A stretch of 64,000 nucleotides of DNA from Rhodothermales bacterium (GCA_963663495.1 OY760427.1:412040-476039); one strand, 5' to 3'. Positions 49,932-61,836 are shown, numbered from the stretch's first letter. Notes: generated by a model from the sequence alone, not told the origin. Numbers and translations are program-made.

Positions 49932-50004
49932 TGGAGCTAAGCGGAATCGAACCGCTGACCTCCTGAGTGCGATTCAGGCGCTCTACCAGCTGAGCTATAG
50001 CCCC
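49932..50004 (-). tRNA. tRNA-Ala (anticodon CGC)
   Basis: Complement reads GGGGCTATAGCTCAGCTGGTAGAGCGCCTGAATCGCACTCAGGAGGTCAGCGGTTCGATTCCGCTTAGCTCCA. It has a G3:U70 pair, anticodon loop AUCGCAC and a GTTCGATTC T-loop. No CCA is encoded. Confidence 0.9.
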
Positions 50005-50092
50005 GGATGCCCGTGTTACCCGGATAGCCACGGGCAGGGTCCCTGAACCGTGAACTTTGCCAAGCGTATCTGTGAATCGCAACGCCGTAACA

Positions 50093-52801
50093 ATGGATTC
50101 CATGCACAGTGAACTAAAAAAGATGGATTTCCTCGGAGCAAGGTACACCTTTGAGACAGGCTCGGGCCCCGCATACCTATACCGCCTGGATTGGTTAGAG
50201 GGCCAGGGGTTTGCGATAGATCGACTGCCCTTTTCTATCCGCGTGATGTTGGAGGCTGCACTGCGTGGGTGCGATGGTTTTGTGGTCACCAAGGATGACG
50301 TAGAAAGCCTCGCACGCTACGATGCGCGCTCGCCGGCCCGCACGGAAATCCCGTTCTCACCCTCGCGCGTGCTGCTGCAGGACTTTACGGGTGTACCGGC
50401 GGTCGTGGACCTTGCTGCCATGCGCTCGGCTATGGCTCGCGCAGGCGGAGACCCCAACAAGATCAATCCGCGCGTACCTGTACACCTCATTATTGATCAT
50501 AGCGTCCAAGTGGATCACTATGGGTTCGCCGGCGCCTTACGCCTCAATTCTGAGCTGGAATTCCGACGTAACAGGGAGCGGTACGCGTTCCTCCGCTGGG
50601 GGCAGCAGGCCTTTAACAATTTCTTCGTCGTACCTCCCGCAAGCGGAATCTGCCACCAAGTAAACCTGGAATACGTGGCCCGGTGCGTCTGGACGCGCCC
50701 AGAAGGCGATCTGCAAGTGGCTTATCCAGATTCCCTGGTTGGTACCGACTCGCATACTACCATGATTAACGGCCTAGGAGTGATGGGCTGGGGAGTAGGC
50801 GGCATAGAAGCGGAGGCCGTCATGCTTGGGCAACCAATCTATATGCTGCTGCCCGAGGTGGTAGGGTTTCGCCTTAGGGGTGCTCTTCCAGAGGGCGCTA
50901 CCGCCACAGACCTTGTTCTGACCGTAACACAGATTCTGCGCTCGTACGGCGTGGTTGGCCGCTTTGTGGAATTCTTCGGCCCCGGCGTACAAATGCTAAG
51001 CGTGCCGGACCGCGCAACCATCAGCAACATGGCGCCGGAGTATGGAGCGACGATGGGTTACTTCCCGGTTGACTATACCACTCTCGGGTTCCTGCGACGG
51101 ACAGGTCGTGAACCGGCTTTGGTGGATCTAGTGGAGCGCTATACAAAGGAGCAAGGGTTGTTCTTGACGGCGGATACGACAGAGCCGGACTACCTTGATG
51201 TGCTGGAACTGGACCTGTCACATGTGGTGCCCAGTGTGGCAGGCCCCAAGCGTCCCCAGGACCGGATACCTGTCCCGGAACTCGGACAGTCATTTCAAGC
51301 ATCCCTAACAGGACCGGTGGGGCCCCAAGGATTCGGTCGTACGAATGTGGAGCGCCCATCAGGAGAGGAATTGGGACACGGAGATGTGGTGATTGCCGCC
51401 ATCACCAGTTGTACCAACACCAGCAATCCCAGCGTAATGATCGGGGCCGGGCTGGTAGCCAAGAAGGCCGTGGAACGCGGCCTCACTGTCAGCCCCCATG
51501 TTAAGACTAGCCTGGCGCCGGGCTCCAAAGTGGTAACGGGATATCTACGAGAGGCGGGGTTGCTTCCGTACCTTAGCCAACTGGGCTTTGATGTGGTGGG
51601 GTACGGTTGCACCACATGCATTGGGAATTCTGGCCCCTTGCCGCCCGAGGTTGCCCGTCCGGTAAAGGATAACGACCTGATCGTTGCTGGCGTACTGTCA
51701 GGAAACCGCAACTTTGAGGGGCGGATCCATCAGCTGGTGCAGGCGAACTATTTGGCATCGCCTCCTTTGGTTGTGGCATACGCGCTGGCAGGTACCGTGG
51801 ATACCGACCTTACCACGGAGCCGCTGGGCGAAGATCTTGCAGGCAATGATGTGTTGCTAGATGATATCTGGCCATCCGCTCAGGAGGTGCAGACCGCGAT
51901 TGACAGCGCCATTACTCCGGCCATGTTCAAAGAGGAGTACGAAGGTATTGAGGGCTCCAACTCCACATGGAACCAGATTGAGATACCTAAGGGATCGCTG
52001 TACGAATGGAGTGATGCCTCAACCTATGTTCGTGAACCCACGTTTTTCGAGGGGCTCACTGGTGAGGTGCCGCCGATCGTTCCGATCAAGGGGGCGCGCG
52101 TGCTCGTCAAGGCAGGCGATTCTACTACGACCGACCACATATCTCCCGCCGGTGCTATTGCCCCTGATGGCCCCGCAGCCCAATACCTGGAAGAACGGGA
52201 AGTGCGATTGCGAGACTTTAATTCTTTCGGTTCGCGCCGAGGCAATCACGAGGTGATGATGCGTGGTACCTTTGCCAATATTCGCATCAAGAACCAGCTG
52301 GTGCCAGGAACGGAGGGGGGCGTGACGCGATGCTTTGTGGATGGAGGGCAGGTGATGCAGATATTTGATGCCGCCCTGCGGTACCGAGATGCGGGGGTGC
52401 CCCTGGTTGTTCTGGGCGGGAAGGACTACGGAATGGGTTCCAGCCGTGATTGGGCTGCCAAAGGTACGGTACTGCTTGGCGTCAAGGCAGTGATAGTGGA
52501 AAGCTTCGAACGGATCCACCGCTCCAACCTTATCGGGATGGGCGTCCTGCCGTTGGAGTACACTAACGGAGAAACGGCTGTTACACTCGGCCTGGCGGGA
52601 ACTGAGACATTCGATATTCCGATTGCGCAGGATGTGCAGCCACGGCAGGCGATTGAGGTTACTGCGCGCAGAGCGGACGGAACGGTCGTGTGCTTTGAGG
52701 TGCGCTGCCGGTTGGATACGCCGGTAGAGGTGGAGTATTACCGCCACCGCGGCATCCTGCACTTTGTGTTGCGCGAGTTCCTGAGTTCGGTTACGGCTTA
52801 A
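50093..52801 (+). CDS. acnA: Aconitate hydratase A
   Basis: About 900 aa with [23 protein letters not shown] and SGNRNFEGR Fe-S/aconitase motifs. ATG 50093 is preferred to the TTG at 50057. Confidence 0.9.
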   Translation: MDSMHSELKKMDFLGARYTFETGSGPAYLYRLDWLEGQGFAIDRLPFSIRVMLEAALRGCDGFVVTKDDVESLARYDARSPARTEIPFSPSRVLLQDFTGVPAVVDLAAMRSAMARAGGDPNKINPRVPVHLIIDHSVQVDHYGFAGALRLNSELEFRRNRERYAFLRWGQQAFNNFFVVPPASGICHQVNLEYVARCVWTRPEGDLQVAYPDSLVGTDSHTTMINGLGVMGWGVGGIEAEAVMLGQPIYMLLPEVVGFRLRGALPEGATATDLVLTVTQILRSYGVVGRFVEFFGPGVQMLSVPDRATISNMAPEYGATMGYFPVDYTTLGFLRRTGREPALVDLVERYTKEQGLFLTADTTEPDYLDVLELDLSHVVPSVAGPKRPQDRIPVPELGQSFQASLTGPVGPQGFGRTNVERPSGEELGHGDVVIAAITSCTNTSNPSVMIGAGLVAKKAVERGLTVSPHVKTSLAPGSKVVTGYLREAGLLPYLSQLGFDVVGYGCTTCIGNSGPLPPEVARPVKDNDLIVAGVLSGNRNFEGRIHQLVQANYLASPPLVVAYALAGTVDTDLTTEPLGEDLAGNDVLLDDIWPSAQEVQTAIDSAITPAMFKEEYEGIEGSNSTWNQIEIPKGSLYEWSDASTYVREPTFFEGLTGEVPPIVPIKGARVLVKAGDSTTTDHISPAGAIAPDGPAAQYLEEREVRLRDFNSFGSRRGNHEVMMRGTFANIRIKNQLVPGTEGGVTRCFVDGGQVMQIFDAALRYRDAGVPLVVLGGKDYGMGSSRDWAAKGTVLLGVKAVIVESFERIHRSNLIGMGVLPLEYTNGETAVTLGLAGTETFDIPIAQDVQPRQAIEVTARRADGTVVCFEVRCRLDTPVEVEYYRHRGILHFVLREFLSSVTA

Positions 52802-54389
52802 CCCCCCAACCGCCGCCGCCAGGTGTAACAATACGTAGACGGTCACCTGGATGTAGCTGCCGGGTAAAATGCCCGGGAAGCTGCTCCTCGTGCCCGCCTA
52901 CGCGGCAGAGCCAGTTGCTGCCGCAGGCACCGGGATTGCCGCCCGCCAGTCCCCATGGAGGGGTGCGGCGCCGTTCGCTGAGCATCGTCACAGTGACGGG
53001 TGCAAGCATCTCGTATTCGCGCACTATTCCCTCTCCACCGCTGTACAGGCCCTGACCACCTGAGCCGGCTGCTAACGCGTACTTCCAGATGCGGAAGGGG
53101 AAGTCCATCTCAAGGGCCTCTACCGGCGTATTGCGTGTATTACTCATATGGACATGAACACCGCTGAGCCCATTCCCATCGGGCGCAGCACCCATCCCGC
53201 CACCGATGGTTTCGTAGTAGGCGAATGGGCTACCATCGGCCTTGCGACCTCCGATGGTGAGGTTGTTCATGGTTCCTTGCCCGGCAGCAGCCACCTTCCC
53301 TGGCAGCGCTTGGGCCAACGCGCCGAAAACAGCATCGGTAATGCGCTGGCTAGTCTCCACATTACCGCCAGCCACGGCGGCAGGATGTACACTGTGCACC
53401 AAGGTGCCCGGAGTAGCAACGATGTTTACGGGTGCAAAGCAGCCGGCATTAACAGGCACCTCCTCCACCTGCAGGCAACGTACGGCATAGTAGCAAGCAG
53501 ACTGCGTGACGGCAAGGACGGTATTGAGTGACGAAGCGACAATGGGATCGGTACCCTCAAAGTCAAAGGTAATCTGGTCTCCGGCAATGATGGCGCGCAC
53601 CCGAATATATGGCTGCGTTCCATCGGGTAGGGCGAGACAATCTGCGAACGCAAAGTCGCCGTCCGGCCATGAGGCGATTTCCGCACGTGTCGCGCGTTCG
53701 CTATAGGCAATGAGGTGCCTCGCATACGTGAGCACCTCGTCCTTCCCGAAGTCATGCATAAGTGCTTCAAGGCGCCGGGTGCCCGTGGCGTGTGCAGATC
53801 GCTGTGCTATCAGGTCGCCACGCCGTTCGTCGGGCGTTCGCACATTCCGAAGAATGACACGCAACAGGTCACCATTCAGTATGCCTTTGTGCGCCAGACG
53901 CACCGGAGGAATGACGATGCCTTCCTGGTAAAGCTCCGTGGACAGCGGAAGGGAGCCGGGTGTCATCCCGCCAACATCCGCATGGTGTGCCCGGCTGGCT
54001 ACAAAGAAATCAGGGGCGAGCTCGCCTGATCCAAAGACAGGAGAGACCATCGTGATGTCCGGTAAGTGGTTACCACCTGCGTACGGATCGTTTAGCATCA
54101 CAATATCGCCTGGATGCCATGTCGTGAACGCTTCCAGCGCGGCGGCACAGCTGGCAGGCATGGCGCCCAGATGGGCCGGGATGTGGGCGGCCTGTGCCAC
54201 CATGTTGCCTCGTCGGTCGAAGAAAGCGCACGAGAAATCCAAGCGCTCCTTGATATTCGGGGAGTGCGCCGTACGCTGGAGCGTAATACCCATCTCCTCG
54301 GCCACACCGGCAAACCGATGGTGATACACTTGGAGAAGGATCGGATCAATCGGGCTCATGCTGCAAGATTGCGTTCGCACGGGCGTCAA
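52791..54389 (-). CDS. hyuB: Hydantoinase B / 5-oxoprolinase subunit family protein
   Basis: Family-typical N-terminal [21 protein letters not shown] and length. An alternative start at 54359 would remove the overlap with hyuA. Confidence 0.85.
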   Translation of the reverse strand: MTPVRTQSCSMSPIDPILLQVYHHRFAGVAEEMGITLQRTAHSPNIKERLDFSCAFFDRRGNMVAQAAHIPAHLGAMPASCAAALEAFTTWHPGDIVMLNDPYAGGNHLPDITMVSPVFGSGELAPDFFVASRAHHADVGGMTPGSLPLSTELYQEGIVIPPVRLAHKGILNGDLLRVILRNVRTPDERRGDLIAQRSAHATGTRRLEALMHDFGKDEVLTYARHLIAYSERATRAEIASWPDGDFAFADCLALPDGTQPYIRVRAIIAGDQITFDFEGTDPIVASSLNTVLAVTQSACYYAVRCLQVEEVPVNAGCFAPVNIVATPGTLVHSVHPAAVAGGNVETSQRITDAVFGALAQALPGKVAAAGQGTMNNLTIGGRKADGSPFAYYETIGGGMGAAPDGNGLSGVHVHMSNTRNTPVEALEMDFPFRIWKYALAAGSGGQGLYSGGEGIVREYEMLAPVTVTMLSERRRTPPWGLAGGNPGACGSNWLCRVGGHEEQLPGHFTRQLHPGDRLRIVTPGGGGWGVKP

Positions 54390-56343
54390 TTGTTACTTGC
54401 CAGGCTCGTGTTACCAATAGTGTGGCGTCGTACTGAAACACAATCGCCGGTCCTGTAAAAGTCTGGCCATGGCAAAGGTTCTGCCTTTCATAGCACGGGA
54501 CAGAAACAGGTCCGTCCATGTCAAGCCATACCGGGCTGTGATAGGAAGGCTGGCAGGGGGAATCAGTCAAAGGCTCCGCCGGCATGCTGACATCAGCACC
54601 GGGCAGGCTGCCCCGTAGCCGAATGGCGGTAGATTCTACGGTTTGCTCAGCGGCGGCATAGCCATAGCGGCGCTCGTGGAGGTCGTGGAACCGTTGGCGG
54701 GCATTGGCAATGGTTGCTGCCGTGAGTGGTAATTCGACGGGAGTTTGCAGTTCATAGCTTTGCCCGCGATAGCGAAGATCAAGGGATGCCATCAGCGTTG
54801 CGTCTGTGCTACCCAGGGCGGACAGGACACGCCGCCGGAGCGAAGCCAAGACCGCGCCGGCACGATCGGGATTGTTTTCCAATGTCTCCAACGAATGCAG
54901 GAGCGCCGAGGAACTGTCAGCAGTGACGTCAGCCATCAGGAGTCCGAGTGCACTCAGCACGCCAGGATACCGTGGCACTAGTATGCGCCGAATACCCAGT
55001 GCCTCTGCCAGCTCGCACGCGTGAAGCGGGCCGGCGCCGCCAAAGGGGACAAGGGTGTAGGAGCGTGGGTCGTAGCCGCGCTCAAGAGAGACGCGCCGCA
55101 GAGCGCGCTCCATCGCGGCATTTGCCACGCGCACGATGCCAAGCGCTGTCGTCTCAGTATCCATATCAAGTATCTCGCCGAGTTCGCGCAGCAGCGCGCG
55201 GGCGCTGCCTACATCAAGCGCCCTCGGCATTCCCCCCAGAACACGGTCTGACACCATGCGACCGAGTACCACATTGGCGTCCGTGACTGTGGGCAGCACT
55301 CCACCGCGTCTGTAGCATATTGGTCCGGGGACAGCGCCGGCACTCTCGGGTCCAACGTGCAGTAATCCTCCAGCGCCAATACGCGCGATGCTACCTCCGC
55401 CTGCTCCAACTGTATGGATCCTCGTACAGGGCAAACGCAAAGGGAGACCAGCGATCGTGCACTCCGTAGTGTGCGGGATGCGACCCGGGCACAAGGCAAC
55501 ATCGGTGCTTGTGCCCCCCATATCAAACGTGATAATTCGGGGATCATCAAGTACTTGGCGTGCTATGCCGAAGGCACCTGCAACGCCGCCGGCCGGTCCG
55601 CTGAGTACAAGGCGGGCCGGCTCCCGTGCGGCCTGTTCCGTACCTACGGTTCCTCCGCTGGATTGCATCACGCGCAGCGTGCGGGGGTGTACTACTGCCG
55701 CCAGTTCTTGAAGGTAGCGGCTCACCAATGGCTGGACATAAGCGTTGATTACGGTGGTCGCGGTACGCTCATATTCGCGGTACTCGGGTATGATATCGGA
55801 GCTGAGCGAGAGACGGATTCCGGGAATATAGTCTCGGAGTAGGGCTGCAGCGTGCTGTTCGTGCTCGGCGTTCATATAGGAGAACAGGAACACAATGGCT
55901 ACACTTTCCACCCCGGCGTTCAAAAGATGCTCAGCAAGGCTGCTCACTTCCGACACACACAGCGGAATAACCACTTCACCGTCTGCGGAAAGGCGCTCGG
56001 AAACCTCAAACCGTCTGGATTGAGGAGCCAGTGGCGGGCGCCGCTGTTGCGAGAGCTGGTAGAGGTGCGGCCTATTCTGTCGGCCAATGGCCAGTACATC
56101 GGTGAAGCCGCGCGTGGTCAGTAACGCCGTATGTGCACCGCTGCGCTGCAAGAGCGCATTTGTAGCGATGGTTGTGCCATGGATGATGGGGCCGGTGGCT
56201 GCAGGTTGCAAGCGCGCCATCCCTCCCGCGATGCCAAGACTCTGCACCTTTGTGGTGGGCACCTTCAGGATTTGCAGTGTGCCGCTTGAGACGAGCACAA
56301 AGTCCGTGAAGGTACCGCCAACATCAATCCCGATCACCTGCAT
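54346..56343 (-). CDS. hyuA: Hydantoinase A / 5-oxoprolinase subunit family protein
   Basis: N-terminal MQVIGIDVGGTFTDFVL (ASKHA ATPase fold start typical of HyuA), 665 aa, directly upstream of hyuB. Confidence 0.85.
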   Translation of the reverse strand: MQVIGIDVGGTFTDFVLVSSGTLQILKVPTTKVQSLGIAGGMARLQPAATGPIIHGTTIATNALLQRSGAHTALLTTRGFTDVLAIGRQNRPHLYQLSQQRRPPLAPQSRRFEVSERLSADGEVVIPLCVSEVSSLAEHLLNAGVESVAIVFLFSYMNAEHEQHAAALLRDYIPGIRLSLSSDIIPEYREYERTATTVINAYVQPLVSRYLQELAAVVHPRTLRVMQSSGGTVGTEQAAREPARLVLSGPAGGVAGAFGIARQVLDDPRIITFDMGGTSTDVALCPGRIPHTTECTIAGLPLRLPCTRIHTVGAGGGSIARIGAGGLLHVGPESAGAVPGPICYRRGGVLPTVTDANVVLGRMVSDRVLGGMPRALDVGSARALLRELGEILDMDTETTALGIVRVANAAMERALRRVSLERGYDPRSYTLVPFGGAGPLHACELAEALGIRRILVPRYPGVLSALGLLMADVTADSSSALLHSLETLENNPDRAGAVLASLRRRVLSALGSTDATLMASLDLRYRGQSYELQTPVELPLTAATIANARQRFHDLHERRYGYAAAEQTVESTAIRLRGSLPGADVSMPAEPLTDSPCQPSYHSPVWLDMDGPVSVPCYERQNLCHGQTFTGPAIVFQYDATLLVTRAWQVTIDARANAILQHEPD

Positions 56344-56347
56344 AGCG

Positions 56348-57112
56348 TCACGAGCGGGGAGGACGGAGCTGACTTAGCACCTTCGTGCTGCGGGAGGGAT
56401 AGCTGCCTTCCGTATGGTAGCGAAAATAGGCCTCAATCAGGCGGCTTACCTCTGCTCGAACATCCTCGCCGAGGTGCATGCGTTGTATGTCGCTGAAGTT
56501 CGCACGGCAATAAATGGCAAATGCTCTCAGTGCGGCACGGGAGCCGCGTTGCAGCCCTGGGCCAGTCCCAGACGGGGGCGCTACGGTGCCAGCCTCAAGC
56601 TGCAGCATTCCGCCGCCATCTGTAAGCTGTACGATGCTGTTACGTGTAAACCGTGGCTCAAAACCGAGCGCGGATGCCAAGCGCATCTGAAAGTACGGAA
56701 ACACATGGTTGACGGACGTTTCCGGTGTATCCAGTAACTGCAGGCAATAGACCAGGAGCGCGAATAGGCCTTCATCCTGCTCGCCATCCTCTACCAACGC
56801 TCGCAATAACTCAATGACTTTGTATCCCGTGGTAATCCGTTCCAGGCTGGTGGATAGTCTTGGAAACAGCCGGGCATGAGATGCCTCGGTGAGAATTTGT
56901 AGCTCCCGGTCGGGCCGAACATGCACCACAACATGCAGGTATGCCAGAGGCTGCAGACATGGGCCTATACGACTGCGGGGCCTTCGCGCTCCCTTTGCCA
57001 CCACTCCCATACGCCCCTCTTCCCGTGTGAACAGCGTAGCGATACGGCTAGTCTCACGAAAATTCAGCGTTCGCAGGACTACAGCATCGGTATGCATGAC
57101 TTTGCGGGTCAA
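56348..57112 (-). CDS. recO: DNA repair protein RecO
   Basis: Typical RecO N-terminal OB region (TDAVVLRTLNFRETSRIATLFTREEGRMGVVAKGARRPRSR), 254 aa. Confidence 0.8.
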   Translation of the reverse strand: MTRKVMHTDAVVLRTLNFRETSRIATLFTREEGRMGVVAKGARRPRSRIGPCLQPLAYLHVVVHVRPDRELQILTEASHARLFPRLSTSLERITTGYKVIELLRALVEDGEQDEGLFALLVYCLQLLDTPETSVNHVFPYFQMRLASALGFEPRFTRNSIVQLTDGGGMLQLEAGTVAPPSGTGPGLQRGSRAALRAFAIYCRANFSDIQRMHLGEDVRAEVSRLIEAYFRYHTEGSYPSRSTKVLSQLRPPRS

Positions 57113-57171
57113 AACCGTGTGCAGGGCTTTACACCCTTCCGTATCCTACATGCGAACTTAATGAGGTACCA

Positions 57172-60100
57172 ATGAAAAGGGTGACATTGTGGCATATGGT
57201 GGCATTCGCACTGCTTTTGCAGGCAGCTCCAGATGTGGCTGCGCAGACCTATGATACGACGTTTTTTCAGGCACTTTCGTACCGGAGTGTTGGCCCGCTT
57301 CGTGGCGGACGCTCTGCAGCCGTCACTGGTGTGCCCGGTGAGCCGCGGCTTGCATACTTTGGTGCAACCGGCGGCGGCGTGTGGGTCTCGCGCACTCGGG
57401 GAGATAGCTGGGAGAATATATCTGACGGATTCTTCGGGGGCTCTATCGGCGCGGTCGCGGTAAGCACATGGGATCCGAACGTGATGTATGTAGGTGGCGG
57501 CGAGAAGACCGTCCGTGGCAATGTGTCGCACGGCTACGGGATGTTCAAGTCCATGGATGCCGGCAAGACATGGGAATCCATCGGATTGGAAGACTCGCGG
57601 CGCATTCCACGTATTCGGATCCATCCGCGCAACCCTGACCTAGTCTATGTGGCAGTGCTGGGGCATCTGTTCGGGCCTAATGAGGAACGAGGAATTTATC
57701 GCACCAAAGACGGGGGGACCACATGGGAGAAGGTGCTGCATGTGAGCGACCAGGTCGGGTTTGTGGACCTAGCAATGGACCCTTCCAATTCGCGCGTCAT
57801 GTATGCCAGCGCCTGGCGGGTTCTGCGGACCCCTTACAGCCTGGAAAGTGGAGGGGAAGGGTCCGGTATCTGGAAGACGATGGATGGCGGGGATACATGG
57901 CATGAGGTGACAGGGCGCGACAACGGGCTACCACAAGGTACGCTGGGAATTAGCGGCGTTACGATTTCTCCCGTGAATTCGCAGCGTGTCTGGGCCATTA
58001 TTGAGGCGGAAGATGGTGGGGTGTTTCGCTCGGACGATGGCGGCGCCATGTGGCGGAGGGTATCCGATGACCGTAATCTGCGGCAGCGGGCCTGGTACTA
58101 CACGCGCATCTATGCAGATGTGGCGAACGAGGACATGGTGTATGTGCTCAATGTGCAATTCTGGCGCTCCAAGGACGGCGGAAGAACATACGAGAGCATA
58201 TCTACGCCTCACGGCGATCATCATGATTTGTGGATTGATCCAGATGACGCCAGTCATCTGATCATAGCGGATGACGGGGGCGCACAGGTCAGTTTTGACG
58301 CCGGACAAACGTGGTCTACCTACTATAACCAGCCAACATCGCAATTCTACCGTGTTACCACCGATAATCATTTTCCTTATCGCATCTTGGGCGCGCAGCA
58401 GGACAATTCTACAGTGCGGATACTGCACACGTCCAGCGGAATCAATGAGCGTAACTGGGAGCCTACTGCGGGAGGAGAGAGCGGTTGGCTTGCCCCTCAT
58501 CCTGATAATCCGGATATCGTTTATGGTGGTTCGTATGGCGGGTACTTAACGCGTGTGGACCACACAATGGGGCAGGTACGCAATGTCAATGTGTATCCAG
58601 ACAATCCAATGGGGTACGGTGCGGAGGGAATGAAGTATCGTTTTCAGTGGAACTTTCCCATTCTCTTTTCCCAGCACAACCCGAATGTGCTATATACGGC
58701 AGGTAACCACCTCTTCCGGTCTACCACTGAAGGGGAGTCGTGGGAAATGATGAGCCCTGACCTGACACGCGCCGACACGTCCAAGCTCGGCTCAAGCGGA
58801 GGTCCCATTACGAAGGACAATACGGGTGTGGAGTATTACGCCACGATTTTTTCCGTTGCGGAGAGTGCACACAACCCTGACGTCATGTGGGTTGGTTCGG
58901 ACGACGGATTGGTGCATGTTACGCAGGATAGGGGTGCTTCGTGGACGGATGTGACACCGGACGGATTGCCGGAGTGGACTCAGATCAATGAGTTGGTGGG
59001 GCATCCCATTGAGCCCGGCGGTGCCTACCTGGCGGGCACGCGTTACAAGATGGACGATTTTAGCCCGTACCTGTACCGGACCACAGATTTTGGAGCGACC
59101 TGGACTAAGATCACGGAGGGAATTGCTGCGGATCATTTTACGCGGTCCATTCAGCCTGATCCGGTAAGGGATGGACTCTTGTGGGCCGGGACAGAGTCCG
59201 GGATGTATATATCCTTTAACGACGGGGAACAGTGGACGACATTTCAGCGCAACCTGCCAGTGGTTCCGATCACGGATCTGGAGCGCAAGGACGACGACTT
59301 GGTCATTGCGACGCAAGGGCGGTCGTTTTGGGTGATGGAGGATGTAACGCCGCTACATCAGCTTGATAACAACGTAGTCGCGTCCGCCATGTGGTTGTTT
59401 ACGCCCGCACCTGTGCACGCAATCGGAGGCTCTACCGTGCCGCTGCGCTACTACCTGCAGGATGAAGCAGACTCGGCCGCGGTAGCCATTCGCATCCTTG
59501 AAAGCGATGGTAGCGTCATCCGCAGCTACACGGCGGGGGATGATGACCTGGGGATTACGGCAGGCATGCATACGTTTAATTGGAACATGCGCTACGAGGA
59601 TGCCGAATCGTTTGAAGGGCTCATCATGTGGGCAGGGAGTGTCCGGGGGCCGCGAGCCGCCCCCGGAGCCTACCAGGCGCGGCTCGTGGTAGGTGAAGAC
59701 TCCATGGACATTGGTTTTGAGGTGCGTATGGATCCTCGGAGCACTTCTACGATGGAAGATGTGCAGGCTCAGTTTGACTTTCTCCTAGGCATACGGGACA
59801 AACTGTCCGAGACGCATGTCGCTATCCGTCGCATCCGGTCTGTGCGTAGCCAGATAAAGGATGCGGTAGGGCGCCTGCAGGAGGGCGAGCAAGAAGGTAT
59901 TCGATCAGATGCGAAGGTACTAACGGATAGTTTGACAACCATTGAGGAAGCGTTGTATCAGACAAAGAACAGAAGCAGGCAAGATCCGCTGAACTTCCCC
60001 ATCCGACTTGGCAATAAACTCGCTAGTCTGGCAAGTGCCGTATCCACAGGTAACTATCGGCCAACCAACCAGGCGATGGATGTGCGCAAGGATCTCACCG

Positions 60101-60222
60101 AGCGCATTGATGCCGAGTTAGCCCGGCTTGAGGGACTGCTTAGAGAGGCTGTTCCCGCGCTTAATCAAGCCATGCTGGAGGCGCGTGTTCCTGCGGTGGT
60201 GGCACCGGATGAGGACATGTAG
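57172..60222 (+). CDS. Secreted BNR/Asp-box repeat (sortilin/VPS10-like) beta-propeller protein
   Basis: Signal-peptide-like N-terminus (MKRVTLWHMVAFALLLQAAPDVAAQ). Repeated S-x-D-x-G-x-T-W Asp-boxes (SMDAGKTWE, TKDGGTTWE, SDDGGAMWR, SKDGGRTYE, TQDRGASWT, TTDFGATWT). Confidence 0.75.
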   Translation: MKRVTLWHMVAFALLLQAAPDVAAQTYDTTFFQALSYRSVGPLRGGRSAAVTGVPGEPRLAYFGATGGGVWVSRTRGDSWENISDGFFGGSIGAVAVSTWDPNVMYVGGGEKTVRGNVSHGYGMFKSMDAGKTWESIGLEDSRRIPRIRIHPRNPDLVYVAVLGHLFGPNEERGIYRTKDGGTTWEKVLHVSDQVGFVDLAMDPSNSRVMYASAWRVLRTPYSLESGGEGSGIWKTMDGGDTWHEVTGRDNGLPQGTLGISGVTISPVNSQRVWAIIEAEDGGVFRSDDGGAMWRRVSDDRNLRQRAWYYTRIYADVANEDMVYVLNVQFWRSKDGGRTYESISTPHGDHHDLWIDPDDASHLIIADDGGAQVSFDAGQTWSTYYNQPTSQFYRVTTDNHFPYRILGAQQDNSTVRILHTSSGINERNWEPTAGGESGWLAPHPDNPDIVYGGSYGGYLTRVDHTMGQVRNVNVYPDNPMGYGAEGMKYRFQWNFPILFSQHNPNVLYTAGNHLFRSTTEGESWEMMSPDLTRADTSKLGSSGGPITKDNTGVEYYATIFSVAESAHNPDVMWVGSDDGLVHVTQDRGASWTDVTPDGLPEWTQINELVGHPIEPGGAYLAGTRYKMDDFSPYLYRTTDFGATWTKITEGIAADHFTRSIQPDPVRDGLLWAGTESGMYISFNDGEQWTTFQRNLPVVPITDLERKDDDLVIATQGRSFWVMEDVTPLHQLDNNVVASAMWLFTPAPVHAIGGSTVPLRYYLQDEADSAAVAIRILESDGSVIRSYTAGDDDLGITAGMHTFNWNMRYEDAESFEGLIMWAGSVRGPRAAPGAYQARLVVGEDSMDIGFEVRMDPRSTSTMEDVQAQFDFLLGIRDKLSETHVAIRRIRSVRSQIKDAVGRLQEGEQEGIRSDAKVLTDSLTTIEEALYQTKNRSRQDPLNFPIRLGNKLASLASAVSTGNYRPTNQAMDVRKDLTERIDAELARLEGLLREAVPALNQAMLEARVPAVVAPDEDM

Positions 60223-60379
60223 GGAGGCGCGGCATTGAGCGATGCAGTAAGGTGTGGTTATGTGGTGCCTCGGCGTTGCTCCGCATGTGAAGCAGGAATG
60301 CTGCCTCAGCATGTTTGCGGTAGCTGGCATGAGCCATGGTTTGGCCGTCAGAACACCCCGCTTTGGCGGGATTATTATT

Positions 60380-61836
60380 GGGAATTATTTACGTGAGTGA
60401 CCAACTGTACACAGTGAGGCACTAGTATCAATTTCACGGGTCATAGGGGTCGGTAACCCGAACGCCCCTCGCCGTGCAGCAGCCCCAATCCCGGAGGCCA
60501 GTATGTTTGCAGCCGCATTCAGGTCTGCATGATCCGCATGTCCACAGGACATACACGTGAATTTGCTTCGTGTCTTACGATTACTCGCTTCTGTGTGCCC
60601 ACACACAGAACACCGCTGGCTGGTATAGGCAGCGGTAACCTTTATCACCTTGCGGCACTTATAGCTCAGCATCTGATCCAGCTGGCCCCAACCTGTTCGC
60701 AGTATCCCACGGTTGAGGCCAGACTTCTGTCTGACGTTTGTGCCAAAGCTCTCCATCGTCCCCTTAGCTGAACGTGTCATCGCTTTGATCTTCAGGTCCT
60801 CCAGTATCACCGTTGAGGAGCAATGGGCAATACTGCGACTTGCCTGATGGTTCGCATTCTTGAGGATGTCAGCACGCTTGCGCTGTATGCGGGCGATTCT
60901 ATGCTTCCGCCTGTTACGACGGTTGGAGCCTTTCTTCTGTCTCGCCAGTCTTCGCTGATGCCGCTTCAACGTGGCATCAAGACGCTTGGTATCCGGTTGT
61001 CTGATAATGCTTGTATCGCCCTCTGTGGAGACCATAGCGACCTGCCCGCAATTACGGTAAATGCCTACAGCACCACCGGTATCCTCTATTACAGGTGCCT
61101 CCATCTTGTAGCAGATGACAGCATACCCTTTGCCGGCGTTCTTCTTTACCGTGGTTTTGACGGGTATACCATCAGGGTACGGGTTGCCTCCCCGCCTGCG
61201 GAGCGCCATATATCCCACTTTCGGGATATACAGCTTGCCATCCCGAACCCTTACGTTATCCGGGATCGTGAAGGAAGGCGTACTACCACGTCTGGAATGG
61301 AATCTCGGTCTTCTCTTACCCTCCTTGAAGAATGCCTTGCATGCATCCGCTTGATATTTCAATGTGTATCTAACGACACCAAAGGAGTATTCAGGTAGCC
61401 ACTCGACCGTACGGCGCAGTGCCGTGAACCGCTTTCCCAGCGAGAAGAAGCTTACCGAGGGCGGCTTCTCTCCAGCCTCTTTCGCTTTCTTATAGGCCTC
61501 GCTCTGCTCTGCGAGGATGGCATTCCACACAAACCTACACGCACCCGCTAATCCTGCGAGGTGCTTGGCGTTACTCCGACTTCCGGGCAACAGCCTGTAT
61601 GTGATATTGCGGTATGCACTAACCGTTTCGGGCATGGCACTGTGGTATATAACTCCCTAATAGATGGAAATTATACAGCATGAATACCCATGTGTTGAGT
61701 TATTTGAAATAATTGCAGTTTTTTCGTGAAAAGCGGGAACCGATTATGAAAAACTGGCGAAAGCCATCCTGTCTGCACCACCTAAGCACAAAAAGTAACT
61801 CCTGCGAAAACGCGTGCACTCAGCCATATAACTCCC
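60380..61836 (-). mobile_element. MITE + tnpB composite element, copy 2, with 8-bp target-site duplication
   Basis: Ends GGGAATTATTTACGTGAGTG (60380) and the complement of GGGAGTTATATGGCTGAGTG (61836). TTATTATT at 60372-60379 and 61837-61844. Internal layout: tnpB unit 60380-61657, 8-bp spacer, MITE 61666-61836. Confidence 0.8.
60385..61635 (-). CDS. tnpB: TnpB, 416 aa, copy 2
   Basis: About 96% identical to 48543-49793 with the same catalytic and zinc-finger motifs. Confidence 0.9.
   Translation of the reverse strand: MPETVSAYRNITYRLLPGSRSNAKHLAGLAGACRFVWNAILAEQSEAYKKAKEAGEKPPSVSFFSLGKRFTALRRTVEWLPEYSFGVVRYTLKYQADACKAFFKEGKRRPRFHSRRGSTPSFTIPDNVRVRDGKLYIPKVGYMALRRRGGNPYPDGIPVKTTVKKNAGKGYAVICYKMEAPVIEDTGGAVGIYRNCGQVAMVSTEGDTSIIRQPDTKRLDATLKRHQRRLARQKKGSNRRNRRKHRIARIQRKRADILKNANHQASRSIAHCSSTVILEDLKIKAMTRSAKGTMESFGTNVRQKSGLNRGILRTGWGQLDQMLSYKCRKVIKVTAAYTSQRCSVCGHTEASNRKTRSKFTCMSCGHADHADLNAAANILASGIGAAARRGAFGLPTPMTREIDTSASLCTVGHSRK

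Noticed and set aside
49753-50292. 179-aa minus-strand ORF
   Set aside because: It overlaps the tRNA-Ala gene and the start of acnA on the opposite strand, and it has no motif.
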